A stretch of DNA of 64,000 nt from Squalus acanthias (GCA_030390025.1 CM059433.1:27406001-27470000); one strand, 5' to 3'; positions 1 to 11,497 are shown, numbered from the stretch's first letter. Numbers and translations are program-made. The notes: generated from the sequence alone by a model not told the origin.

Positions 1-20
1 AGCAAGGTTTCTATCTCTTT

Positions 21-1762
21 GGCCGAGATTTTCCGGGGGGGGGTCAGCGGGCATGATTGGTGGCGGGTCGGGTGGGAAAGTGTTTTTTTTCCCCCAGCAC
101 GTCGGGACCCTGCTGTGAAGCCGCCGCCACGCGCCTTTCCCCAATGTCAGGAGTGTCAACGCTGAGCAGACCCAACACGCAGAGGCGGGCGACCCAATTT
201 AAATGATTAATGGCTTGTTTACAACCATTTAACAATGGTTTTAAACTGACCTTTTGAATTTGACAGCTCGCCCACGGGTTTCATGCTGTTGCTAGACCAG
301 GTCTGTGAAGTTGAGGCGGGAGTTCAGTGGCCATTGAATCAGTTGATGAGTTGACAGCTTCAAATGTCAAGTAAAAGCTCCCACCTTACAGAGATATCTT
401 CCCTCAGCCACAAGCTCTTCCTCACTGCATTTCCACAACAGATTCAGGATGCTGTAAGTCTTTACACAAGTCTCCATGCAGGCTGACTTCATTACCTCTC
501 TCACCATTGACAGATCGCTTCTGTCATCTCTACTTCAACTGCCATCTATTCCATCAGCATCGGTGCCCTTTATACTCTCTCACCTTGGTCCTCAGAATCC
601 CACCACAATCAGCCCCAACACCAGCAGCACCAGGTACACCAGCAGCACCAACAATAACACCACCAACCTTCTCCGCAATCAACTGATGCTGCACAGGACA
701 GAGGGCATCAGCACCCGACCACAGTGCTGCCCGGGAGGCCAGAGATGGCCTCAGCATGGCCAGATTTACTTCACTTGACGCTGTACATCCTGGCTGCCAC
801 ATGATGCGCCAGGGTGGCACCACCCCACACCAACACCATAAAGCATCCCTACAATGCCCACGCCATTCCTTTCACACTCATGACCATTGCGGGGGGTACT
901 GTTATGTCTCACCATTCACTGCAACTCACTAAGCCACTTCCAAAGGTGCACACAAATCTGTCCAAGAACGCAAAGTGTTGAAAATAAAGTTTTCAATGTT
1001 TGACACCACATTAACAGAAACTTTACATGGACATTGCATAAAATACCCAAGTGCCTACCTTCGTGTGTTGTTAGTTGGTATGATTGCACTAGGATGAGGG
1101 TGAGTGTGAGGGGTGGCTAGTGAGATGGGGATGTGATAATATAAATAGAGAGCGATGGGTGGTAAGTTGGTGTAAGGATGTGCAGGAGTAGGGTAGCGAA
1201 GGCAGAATGATGGGGATGTGATGAGAGGCACAGCAGGATGAGGTTGAGTGTGGCTTTGTACCAACGTTTCGTGATCTACTGAGATCATTGAAACGTTTGC
1301 GCCACTGTGCCCAGGTCCTCCTGAACACATCCCTGCTTGTGCCCTCCTCTGCAATGTGCAAACAGGCTGTGTTGATCTCCTGGGGACGTCTCTTCCGTCC
1401 ATGGGAAGGGAAGAGGACCTCCCTGCGTGTTGTGACTCCCTCCATAAGCATATGGAGGGAGTCATGGGAGAGCCTGGATGCAGCCCTGTGCTTTTGTGCA
1501 CCTCAATGCTGTAGAACACTGACAGCACAAATGTCAAAATAAATTTGGACATGGTCCCTTTAAGGAAACCGGCTGATGACACATCATCAAATGATGTCAC
1601 CAGACCCGCTTCTTCTAAATGGCCGGGAAACGGCTGGGCGGGCTTAACAAGCCCTATCAAGGTAAATTCATTTCGGACTGCGGGATGGAGCCAGCAGCGG
1701 GGTCGGGACCTGCCACCAATGTCACCCGCCATGGACCGGCCGAGGTCAGCAAAATCGCTGCC
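21..1762. mobile_element. Degenerate PIF/Harbinger DNA transposon derivative
   Basis: Imperfect terminal inverted repeats (ggccgagattttcc / gcaaaatcgctgcc) and a minus-strand Myb/SANT-like remnant. No matching TSD seen. Confidence 0.6.
1250..1451 (-). pseudogene. Harbinger Myb/SANT-like DNA-binding protein exon remnant
   Basis: Translation ...RREVLFP...RRTWAQWRKRFNDL matches the trihelix Myb/SANT motif of Harbinger accessory genes. Confidence 0.7.
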
Positions 1763-2559
1763 TCAAACGTTTGCTGTTTGGACATAGATGCTAGCAAGCC
1801 ACAGTAATGGCAGACGTATGGGGAACTGTGTGAGCTGGTGTACTGTGAATATAGTAGATCCCAGGAAGATACCCACAACAAAATATCTACCGGAAAGGTT
1901 AGAAGTACTGGAATAAGAATTCAAGGGTAGAAGGCAACAAAAAAAACATGGTTAACAGTCCACAGGGATAATCGGATAGGACAGAAGTCAAAAATACAAG
2001 TCCCAGCAAAAAATGGAGACAATGTAAGAGTTAACTACCAGCTCAATTATAAAGAGATAATTCAAAATTACTAGAAGAAATGGAAGAATAAAGAAATTGC
2101 AAATATTTGAAGCAATGAACAAACCCAGGGTGCTGATGTGATCACAAGTGCAAATAGAGGGGGATCATCAAAGAATGCAACGGCATCTTTCTTAAGTACA
2201 CCAAACCAAAACACTAGAATGTGGCTGGGCCAAAATGGCTAAGCTCAGGCAGAGATATCTGATGAGTTGAAAATTTCTCTTGTATTAAGCTTCAGAGAAG
2301 TTTTAGCAATAGAGAATGATGATAACATGATTGATGCATTACATTTGTAGAACTGATCCAGGTATCTGGACCAAGTGAAATGTTTGACTCGTGTGAGAAC
2401 AGCTGTTCAGGTCCAAATATATTTCTAATGCCAAGAACTAATGAGGCCCATGTACAACAAACTAAAAGTGCCCATACACCAATAATTGGGACTACAAATG
2501 GATCACAGTATTCAACTGCAACCTTTTCTGGTACAAAATCCAACATAATGCTAGACTAG

Positions 2560-2996
2560 GTCAAGAAAACCTATCTACCCTATCAACTTAAATATCTCAA
2601 TTAAATCACCCCTTAATCTTCTATATTCAAGGGAATACAAGCCTAATATATGCAATCTGTCCTCATAATTTAACTCTTTTAGCCCCGGTATCATTCTGGT
2701 GAATCTGCGCTGCACCCCCTCCAAGGCTAATATATCCTTCCTGAGGTACAGTGCCCAAAACTGAACACAGTGTTCTAAATAGGGTCTAACCAGAGCTCTG
2801 TGCAGCTATAACATAACTTCCACCTCTTTGTATTTCAGTCCACTTGAAATAAAGGCCAACATTCCATTAGCTTTTTAAATTATTTTTGTACCTGTCCACT
2901 AGCTTTTAGTGATTTCTATACTTGGACCCCTAAATGTCTCTGCTCATACACAGTTTCAAGCTTCTCGCCATTTAGAAAATACTCTGATCTATGGTT
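2560..2996 (-). mobile_element. CR1 LINE RT C-terminal fragment (target of the provirus; resumes at 11881-11998)
   Basis: Reverse complement resembles the other CR1 ORF2 3' regions in the window and continues after the 3' LTR. Confidence 0.75.
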
Positions 2997-3432
2997 TGAT
3001 GGAGAATTATTAGCTAAACTAGGATTGATAGAACGTGGTGTGCTAAGGAATTGTTGCTATGCCAGATATTAGGATATTGCGCAATGTGGTGTGCTAAGGA
3101 ATTGTTGCTATGCCAGGTGTTAGGATATTGCGCAATAGGAGAAGTGCCATAAAAGGAGTTACCCCCTTCGCCCAATTAGGACGCGACCGCTGCACCAGGG
3201 GACCAATCACAGCATGACAACTCAGAGTACCTGATGTTGCTAAACCAATGATATGTGAACTGTATAGAAAACACTATATTCGAAACTGAATTTTTGTTAG
3301 TTCGTTGATGACTGCCACCATGACTGACGTATTGTAATAAAGTTTACCTGAAGTTACCACCGGACTCAGAATCTTATTTGTAAGCGTCGACCTGGTGTAT
3401 CACTTGGTCCGCAGAAACAATGAGGTCTTACA
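2997..3432 (+). repeat. 5' LTR (436 bp)
   Basis: TG...CA ends, CCAAT boxes, AATAAA at 3336-3341, 51-bp tandem duplication at 3035-3136; matches 11498-11880. Confidence 0.95.
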
Positions 3433-3435
3433 ATT

Positions 3436-3453
3436 TGGCGTAGTCGGCACGAT
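3436..3453 (+). promoter_or_regulatory. Primer binding site, tRNA-Ser
   Basis: TGGCGTAGTCGGCACGAT is 17/18 complementary to the 3' end of vertebrate tRNA-Ser(AGA/TGA) (...ATCCTGCCGACTACGCCA). Confidence 0.88.
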
Positions 3454-3506
3454 CGCTGAAGGAATAGAAGATTAAGCCCTGGACACCGGACCTACATCGG
3501 CCTACG

Positions 3507-3515
3507 GAGGTAAGG
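3507..3515 (+). promoter_or_regulatory. Putative major splice donor in the retroviral leader
   Basis: GAG|GTAAGG between PBS and gag, the usual position of the env mRNA donor. Confidence 0.6.
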
Positions 3516-3705
3516 ACTCCTCTCTTATAAAAAGTCCGCGGTCGGTTGTCTACGTTTGTCTTTCCCCCACGCGATTCCGAATCTCTCCGGTTGGTAGACG
3601 GCTCGAGGTCCCATATAGAGCTCTAACTTCGGCGGTATTATTTAACTAATTACCGACCCGGCTGAAAAGCCTACGACTCGAGACCCCAGTAAAGAAATCG
3701 GTATT

Positions 3706-4325
3706 ATGGCAGAAGATAAGAGCAAAGAATTGCCTACAACTGTTAAAGGCGGGCGGGCCCCACCTCCGATTTCGGAAGGCGAAATTCTCCGACAGTTGAA
3801 AGAATATATAGAGCAACAATTTGACTTACCCAATTTAAAACTGTCTGGTTGGAACACTCGGGAATAAACACAGAGGGTGGACATGAGGGAATAGATGATA
3901 GCGACCTTGGACCCTTGAAGGCTGCCTTTGTTGCCAGTCTAAAACTGGAATTGTCAAAGATGCTGAAAATGACTCTACCGGAGTGGGGGGGCCCAGGAAC
4001 AAAATATGCAGTAATAGTAGATAAGTGCAATCAACTAGACAGGGACATGGGAGCTAAAGTCCGAGCCCTGCAGGCGACAGAATGGAAATCCAAGAATCCT
4101 GACAAGCAGTCATCAGGGAAACTACCTGGAAAATGCCACTACTGTGGAAAGGAAGGTCATTGGGCTAAAACGTGCAGGGCAAAACAAGGAAGAGGACGGG
4201 GAGGATACCATCCAAACTGGAAACCCGGCCCATCATCAGAGGGTGACGACCTCTTGCAGAGATTTAAGCAGCTTACATATGAGCAACAAGAGGAGTTACT
4301 CAAATTACCTGTAGCAAAAAACTAG
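3706..4325 (+). pseudogene. gag: gag, internally deleted (short N-terminus, then CA C-terminus and NC in another frame)
   Basis: ATG 3706 (MAEDKSKEL...) stops near 3868. The frame at 3849-4325 carries a CCHC knuckle CHYCGKEGHWAKTC. Total length is only ~620 bp. Confidence 0.85.
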
Positions 4326-4347
4326 GAGAGCCCGCCCTCGCCCTCTC
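4316..4347 (+). promoter_or_regulatory. Putative -1 ribosomal frameshift signal (gag-pro)
   Basis: Heptamer A AAA AAC (4316-4322) in gag frame immediately before TAG. The pro frame is -1 and open from 4322. Possible downstream GAGAG...CTCTC stem. Confidence 0.75.
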
Positions 4348-7300
4348 AGCACCCCTCCTGGCATTGATACAACAAAGAGGAGATGGGTTATATATAACCA
4401 TGAGGGTGGGCGATCAGGACATAGACTGTCTCCTGGATACGGGAGCAGAATTAACATGTTTTCCTCTATGCTACGAAACATCTTTACCCCTGGATGGAAG
4501 GACACGAACAGCCCATGGGGCTGGGGGTCACGGTCTGGTAATCAGAAGAACTCGACCTGTGCTCATTGGACTTGGCCCACACGAATTAACTACATCGGTC
4601 TGGGTAGGCCCAGTGGACCAAGCCCTTTTGGGAATGGATGTTTTGACTCAACTGGATTCCTCGTTGCATTTTAAGGACGGTCGGGTGACATGGTCTATTA
4701 GACTTCTGAAGAAAGAGGAGTTGAAGGAACACCCAATATGGGCCAAAGATAAGAACGATTGTGGCCTACTCCAGATGGAACCCGCATCATTTACCGGGAC
4801 CACCCCCCCGTGCACTAAACAATATCCCATTAATCACACCTCCATTGCAGGAATCTTACCGGTCATCCAAAAATTGGAAGAGCGAGGGGTGCTGGTCAAA
4901 ACCCATAGTTCGTCCAATAGCCCGGTATGGCCAGTACGGAAACCCAACGGTACATGGCGCCTAACTGTTGATTATAGAAAAGCCAACCAGTGTATTGATC
5001 AGAAGGCCCCTTTGGTCACGGATCCCTCCACCATTTTTAATGCTCTCATGCCGGAACATAAATGCTTCTCGGTTATAGATATGGCCAACGGATTTTGGTC
5101 GGTGCCATTGGCACCTGAGGTCCGACCGTGGTTTGCCTTTACCGTCCAACAGCAACAGTACACCTGGACCTGGCTACCACAGGGTTTTCACAACAGCCCC
5201 ACGGTATTTCACACTGGCCTTACAAAGCCATTTGCGAGAATTACCTACCATGCCCTCCACGGTTATCCAGTACGTGGATGATATTCTGTTAGCCTCCAAC
5301 ACGGAAGAACAGCACGAACAGGACCTACGTACCATGCTGGACCACCTTCACCTGAAAGGACATAGAGCCAGCATCGACAAAGCACAAATAGCCCAAGAAG
5401 AGGTTGTGTACCTGGGGCAAAAGATTTCGAAAGGAAAGAGAGAACTTACCCAGGACAGGACCGCAGCCATTCGGGCTGCCAAACAGCCCACTACTATCCA
5501 AGAACTCAGGTCCTTTTTGGGTTTGTGTAACTTTAATAGAAATTGGATCGACTCTTACACACAGCTTGCTCAGCCATTGAATGACCTCTTAAAGGGGAAG
5601 CGGACATCAAAGGAAGCCATCGCCCTCACGAAGGAACAGCAAGAGGCCTTCGCGAATCTAAAAAAGGCCTTGTGTTCGGCACCGGCTCTGGGGATCCCCG
5701 ACAGTGGTAAGACATTTACCCTGTTTGTCCATGAGAAAGGAGGATACATGACAGCTATACTGACACAAGAACATGGGGATCGGCAAAGGCCTATTGGCTA
5801 TTATTCGGCAAAACTGGATGCGGTAGCCCTCGGATGGGGAAGTTGCCTAAGGGCCATGGAAGCCACATGTCGAGCGGTAATGACCACTGCGGGTCTAGTC
5901 CTCGACCAAAAGCTGATTGTCAAGTGTCCCCACACCGTGCACACCTTGCTGTCTATGAATAGAGTGTCTCAGGTGACGGCAGCTAGATGGACCCGATGGA
6001 CAGCAGTCTTGGAAGCTCCTAACCTCCATATCGTCCGGGCCAGCCCGGTTAATCCCGCAACTATGCTCCCGATGTCCGAGGAGCAAAAGGAGGGTGGAGA
6101 ATACGGAGGAGAGCATGACTGTGTGGAGATTTTATAAGAAACAGAAGAAGCAGCATTAGCAGCAGGAGAACCTTTGCAAAATCCGGACCTCATCCTTTTT
6201 ACAGATGGTTCCTCCTTTGTTGACAATGGCACCAGAAAAGCAGGATGGGCAGTTACAACCTTACATGAGGTCATGACAAGAGGGTGTCTACCCTCAGGAA
6301 CGTCAGCCCAACAGGCCGAGTTGCGAGCCCTGTCAGAAGCATGCCGGATAGCGGAGGCACAAACGGCTAATATCTATACGGATTCACGCTATGCTTTTGG
6401 AGTCGCTCACGACTTTGGCCAGTTATGGCGGAAAAGAGGATTTCTTACTGCTGCTGGTACACCTATTAGAAATGGGAAAGAGGTCCGAGACTTACTAGAA
6501 GCCATACAATTACCCCGGGAAGCATCCATTTTGAAGTGTAAGGCCCATACGAAGGAAAATACCACAGAAGCGCAAGGAAACGCCCTGGCCGACCAGGCAG
6601 CCAAAGAAACCGCTTCACAATGCGCTTCCCCGGGAGGACCAAAAAGATGTGCAGACTGGAAGCACTCAGTCTGACACGGGACCTACGGACAATGCAAGGC
6701 GATTGCTCTAAAGAGGAAAAATGGACATGGATGGAGGCAGGAATTAAGCTATGTGAAGACGGCGTCTGGAGACAAAGAGATACCGACAAGCCAGTCGCGC
6801 CACAGGCACTGATGCCCTTTTTAGCCCAACAGATCCACTCATGGGGACACCTGGCCCCACAACAGATGGCAGCCAGGTTTCAGAAAAGTTGGTGGGGCCG
6901 GGGATTCAAAAAACATGCCCAGCTGGTAGCAGACCGCTGTGTGGTCTGTCAGAAAAATAATCCCGGACCCATCACGATAATGCCCCAACTGAAGCCCCCT
7001 GCCCCTGCCGGACCATTCCAGCACTTGCAGGTGGATTATATATCTCTCCCCTCATGTCAAGGATACACCGACGTCTTAGTCATTGTTGACAGATTCTCCA
7101 GATGGGTAGAAGCTGTCCCAACCAGAAGAGCCACAGCCAATCATACTGCTAAGGTCCTGTGCAAAGATTATATCACCCGATGGGGAGTCCCGACCAGCAT
7201 TGACTCTGACCAGGGAACCCACTTCACAGGGGCTGTCTGCCAAGAAGTCTGTAGGTTACTAAACATTACGTGGGACTTACATTGTCCTCATCACCCACAA

Positions 7301-7795
7301 TCATCAGGCCAAGTGGAACGAATGAATCGAACTCTGAAACAACGACTTGCCAAGTATCATCAGGAAGGGATACCGTGGCCTCAGGCACTACCAATGGTCC
7401 TATGTAGTATTAGGGCAACCCCAAACAGAACCATGGGCCTGAGTCCATTTGAAATTATAACGGGAAGACCCATGTCATTGCCAGGAACCATTGATTTGCG
7501 AAAAGCTGATTATCACTTAATGAGTGACGCTTTATTAGAATACTGTCAGAACCTAACAAATGCTATTAGTTCTGCTTCCCGACAGGTATCGGCAGCTTGG
7601 GGAGATCCACCAGAAGGAGGACACGACATTATCCCAGGAGTTTGGGTTTACGTGAAAAAGATACATAAAGAACCTTTGGGCGCTAAGTGGGAAGGACCTT
7701 ACCAAGTGTTGCTGACCACTCAAGCAGCTGTTAAAGTCCAAGGGAAGAAAGCTTGGATTCACGCATCTCACGTTAAGCGAGCCTCCAGTAACTGA
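4322..7795 (+). pseudogene. pol: pro-pol (protease, RT, tether, RNase H, integrase) with 2 frameshifts and 1 stop
   Basis: Motifs LLDTGA, LPQGFHNSP, YVDD, FTDGSS/YTDSRYAF, HHCC, D-D-E (QVDY, DSDQG, VERMN) and GPY. Frameshifts near 5212 and 6620-6650; in-frame TAA at 6135-6137. Confidence 0.95.
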
Positions 7796-7825
7796 ACTTT
7801 AAGGACAATTGTTATCTTGCCAAAA

Positions 7826-8536
7826 ATGATTAAGTATATTGTGTTATTGTTTGCATGTATTCTAGGCATCTGCTTACTTTTAACCAGCCGACCCTCCACA
7901 CCTCAGGAGAATAATCGAGTACCTAGGGAATTACATGTAAACACCCTGTTGTATATGTCATACACTTATGCCAAAAGGAGTAATATTTCCAGTTGTTGGG
8001 TATGTACGCATGTGCCTGTACATTCAATGGGAGGCATTCCCCTGAGACCCATCCCCTTTAATGCCTCAGAAATAGCCGAATGGATAATTAGACAGAACAC
8101 CTCCTGGCAGAATACTTCCCAAAGCGAAAACATCTCTTATGGAAGAAATACTTCCAATATGGAGGATTGGGAACCAGACTGGAAGTCAGCAGGCTATAAT
8201 TTAACTACCTTCCAGGGGTGGTACCAACCCAATTATAATCGGACCCGGCAACCCCCGTTTTTGGTCCTCACTAGTACCTCCGGGATGGGAAGACAAATAG
8301 GAGAGTTATGTTTAGTTAGAAGTCAAGCGGGAGGACAGAAGGTTGGTAACAGTAGCTGCTTTCAGAGTTACCATATAACTCCACCCCACAACTGGACCGA
8401 TGTGAGTCAGTTTAACATGACAGGTGTCCGTAACAAGACAAGTGGGGACGCCTGGTCGGGCCCCAACCCTATGGTAACAAATAAGCAGTTGGACTTCACC
8501 TCGTATAATAATACTTACTTTATCTGTGGCCACAGG
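7826..8536 (+). pseudogene. env: env 5' part (signal peptide and SU)
   Basis: Hydrophobic N-terminus, CWVC (CXXC) motif, many N-glycosylation sequons. Ends at FICGHR, the CR1 insertion point. Confidence 0.9.
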
Positions 8537-9508
8537 AATACAACACTGGAAAGTGTGAGGTGATGCACTTTGGCAGGAAAAATCCTAGAGCAATTTATTA
8601 TCTTAATGGCAAGAAACTGGAGAGTACTGAAGTGCAAAGGGATCTGGGGGTCCTGGTGCACGAAACTCAAAAGGTTAGTATGCAGGTGCAGCAAGTGATT
8701 AAGAAGGCAAATGGAATGTTGGCTTTCATTGCTAGGGGGATAGAATATAAAAATAGGGAGGTATTGCTTCAGTTGTACAAGGTATTGGTGAGACCGCACC
8801 TGGAATACTGCATACAGTTTTGGTGTCCTTACTTAAGGAAAGACATCCTTGCTCTCGAGGCAGTGCAAAAAAGGTTCACTCGGTTAATCCCGGGGATGAG
8901 GGGGTGGTCATATGAGGAGAGGTTGGGTAGATTGGGACTCTACTCATTGGAGTTCAGAAGAATGAGAGGCGATCTTATTGAAACATATAAGATTGTGAAG
9001 GGGTTGGATCGGGTGGATGCGGGGAGGATGTTCCCGATGACGGGTGAGACGAGAACTAGGGGACATAGTCTTAGAATAAGGGGCTGCTCTTTCAAAACTG
9101 AGATGAGGAGGAACTACTTCACTCAGAGGGTGGTAGGTCCATGGAATATGCTGCCACAAAAAGCTGTAGAAGCTACAACATTAATTAAATTTAAAACAGA
9201 AATAGACAGTTTCCTAGAAGTAAAGGGCATTAAGGGTTACGGGGAGCGGGCAGGAATTTGGACATGAGTCTAGGTTCGGATCGGTCATGGCCCTGTGGGT
9301 AGTGGAGCGGGCCCAGGGACTGTGTAGCCTGATTCTGATCCTATTTCGTGTGTGCAATTCTGTTAGATGCAGGAGATGGTTCTGTGATAGATAGTAGATT
9401 GGCGGTTAGGATCAGATCAGCCATGATCTTATTGAATGGCGGAGCAGGCTCGAGGGGCCGATTGGCCTACTCCTGCTCCTATTTCTTATGTTCTTATGTT
9501 CTTATGTT
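8537..9508 (+). mobile_element. 5'-truncated CR1 LINE inserted in env
   Basis: RT C-terminal ORF 8560-9267, 3' UTR ending in (TTCTTATG)n, CACAGG target-site duplication at 8531-8536 and 9509-9514. Confidence 0.93.
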
Positions 9509-9514
9509 CACAGG

Positions 9515-10242
9515 GCCTACCTCTGGTTACCGCAATCCTGGACAGGATCGTGTTATTTGGGTTATGTTACAACCTACACCCGTCATTTGACCTCCCTGCC
9601 TGAGCCGCCTCGCTGGCAAAGAGTGAGACGAGCAATTATAGAAACGGAGAGATTCTTCGCTATCTTGGTTCCCTGGTATGGGACCGCAAAGCTGGCGAGG
9701 GAGTCCATTAACATGGCATCCGTCCTAGAAAAGGTGGCCAATGATACCTCTGAAGCACTGGTTGAGATTAGTGCAGAAATGGTAGCAACCCGCACGGTAG
9801 CCCTACAGAACAGAATGGCCCTTGACTACCTTCTGGCTGAAAGGGGAGGCACTTGTGCCCTAATTGGAGCCGAATGTTGTACCTACATCCCAGATAGCTC
9901 CGAAGAGATCACTCGTCTGGCAGAGCGTATCCGAGAGGAGGTAAAAAAGCTTAAACAGCCTCTAGCCTCCACCTTGTGGGGTTGGGTGACTGGATGGCTA
10001 GGCTCACTAGGAACCTCATTGGTGCAAGGTCTAATTCTACTCTGTGTAATTATCTTACTTTTATATTGCTTGTATATGTTGATAAAATGCTGTTGCCCCG
10101 CAGGAGAGATGCCTGGAAGGTCCTCGCAAACCATTTATACATCGCACAGGGGCATGTTATGTTTGAGGGCAGGTTGTCTAAATAACAGGAGAAAAGGAAA
10201 CGTTCGGTCCCCTTTTACCTGTATGTATGTTTCGAAGACATT
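9515..10242 (+). pseudogene. env: env 3' part (SU end and gamma-type TM)
   Basis: AYLWLPQSWTGSCYLG, furin site RVRR, ISD LQNRMALDYLLAERGG, CX6CC (CALIGAECC), membrane anchor. The true C-terminus is unclear. Confidence 0.9.
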
Positions 10243-10974
10243 GGGCCAAAAATTCATCCCGCGACGCGAGAGTACGCACTGCGTACTCTCGCGTATTCTC
10301 TCTCCAATTGCCGGTTTTCTGCATGCCCTGCGCATGCGCTGAAAACCGGCACTTGGTCTTTTGAAAAGGGGGCGGTTCCTCGGTGCATCGCGTGCGCGCT
10401 ACAGGCTGCGCGCACGCTGTGCACTTCATGCTTTGGACGCGCAGGTAAGTACGGAAGATTTTAGAAATGGAAAAAGGAGGAGTAAGACCCACTTTTAACA
10501 AGGTAAGTAGTGAATTAAGTATTTTTTTGAATTTTTTTTAACAGGTATATCTTTTTTAGAGACTTTAAAGACAGGTAAGTTTATTTTTATAACTTTTTAA
10601 AAGATTTTAAATTTTTTCAAAAATTTAATTTTTTATTTAAAATGGTTAATTTATTTAACTATACTTATTTTATTAATGTGATGGTTTTTTTTTTAATTTA
10701 ATTGAGGTTTAGCTGTTATTTTGGGGGGGTGTAAGATTCATAGATTTCACAGCACGTATGTGAAACTTATGAATGGAAGATGGTGTGCTGCCATTGGCTC
10801 TAACTGAGTCACGTGATCCCACAGCTCGCACGAATTCACTACGCCGGTGGGATACGCAAGCACTGCCCAGCTGATGTCTGGAACATCAAGTTCGTGCGAG
10901 CTGGATCTGAAAAAGCACAAGCGGAGTGAGAGATCGCGGGGAAGCCTTACCCCCGCGGGAACAATTTCTGGGCC
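10243..10974. mobile_element. Non-autonomous Harbinger-type MITE (family A)
   Basis: TIR gggccaaaaatt / aatttctgggcc, 3-bp ATT TSD, GC-rich ends with AT-rich core; related to 26776-27533 and 38734-39255. Confidence 0.8.
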
Positions 10975-10977
10975 ATT

Positions 10978-11420
10978 ACATAGAAACATAGAAACTAGGA
11001 GCAGGAGTAGGCCATTCGGCCCGTCGAGCCTGCTCCACCATTCAATACGATCATGGCTGATCATCCAAATCCAGCACCCTGTCCCTACCCCCTCACACAG
11101 AATCCCCATCGAGCCTGCACCGACACATATCCCACCCTATCCCCGTAACCCCACGTATTTAATTCCCCCTAACATATCCCATCCTATCCCCGTAACCCCA
11201 CATATTTAATCCCCCCCTACCACTAAGGGTCAATTTATCATAGCCAAATCAACCTAACCCGCACATTTTTGGACTGTGGGAGGAAACCGGAGCACCCGGA
11301 GGAAACCCACGCAGACACAGGGAGAATGTGCAAACTCCACACAGACAGTCACCCGAGGCCGGATTCGAACCCGGGTCCCTGGCGCTGTGAGGCAACAGTG
11401 CTAACCACTATGCCACCGTG
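10978..11420 (-). mobile_element. HE1/V-SINE-like tRNA-derived SINE with CR1-type tail
   Basis: Reverse complement has tRNA A/B boxes (tggcatagtgg...ggttcgaatcc), a V-domain-like core (gtgtggagtttgcacattctccc) and a CR1 3' tail. Confidence 0.85.
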
Positions 11421-11476
11421 TTTGTAGTGGTATAACCAGTGTTGACTGATGTTTTAAACTTTTGTGATTCTGTATT

Positions 11477-11497
11477 AGAGAGAATCAAAGGGGGGAC
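11477..11497 (+). promoter_or_regulatory. Polypurine tract
   Basis: agagagaatcaaaggggggac immediately before the 3' LTR. Confidence 0.85.

Noticed and set aside
2292..2546. 84-aa ORF in unique sequence
   Set aside because: No motif, no clear splice sites and no linking exon.
10100..10342. Long env cytoplasmic tail in ORF 9488-10342
   Set aside because: The ORF runs into the MITE at 10243 and its start lies in the CR1 tail; both ends are artefactual.
11340..11420. tRNA gene
   Set aside because: It is the tRNA-derived head of a SINE.
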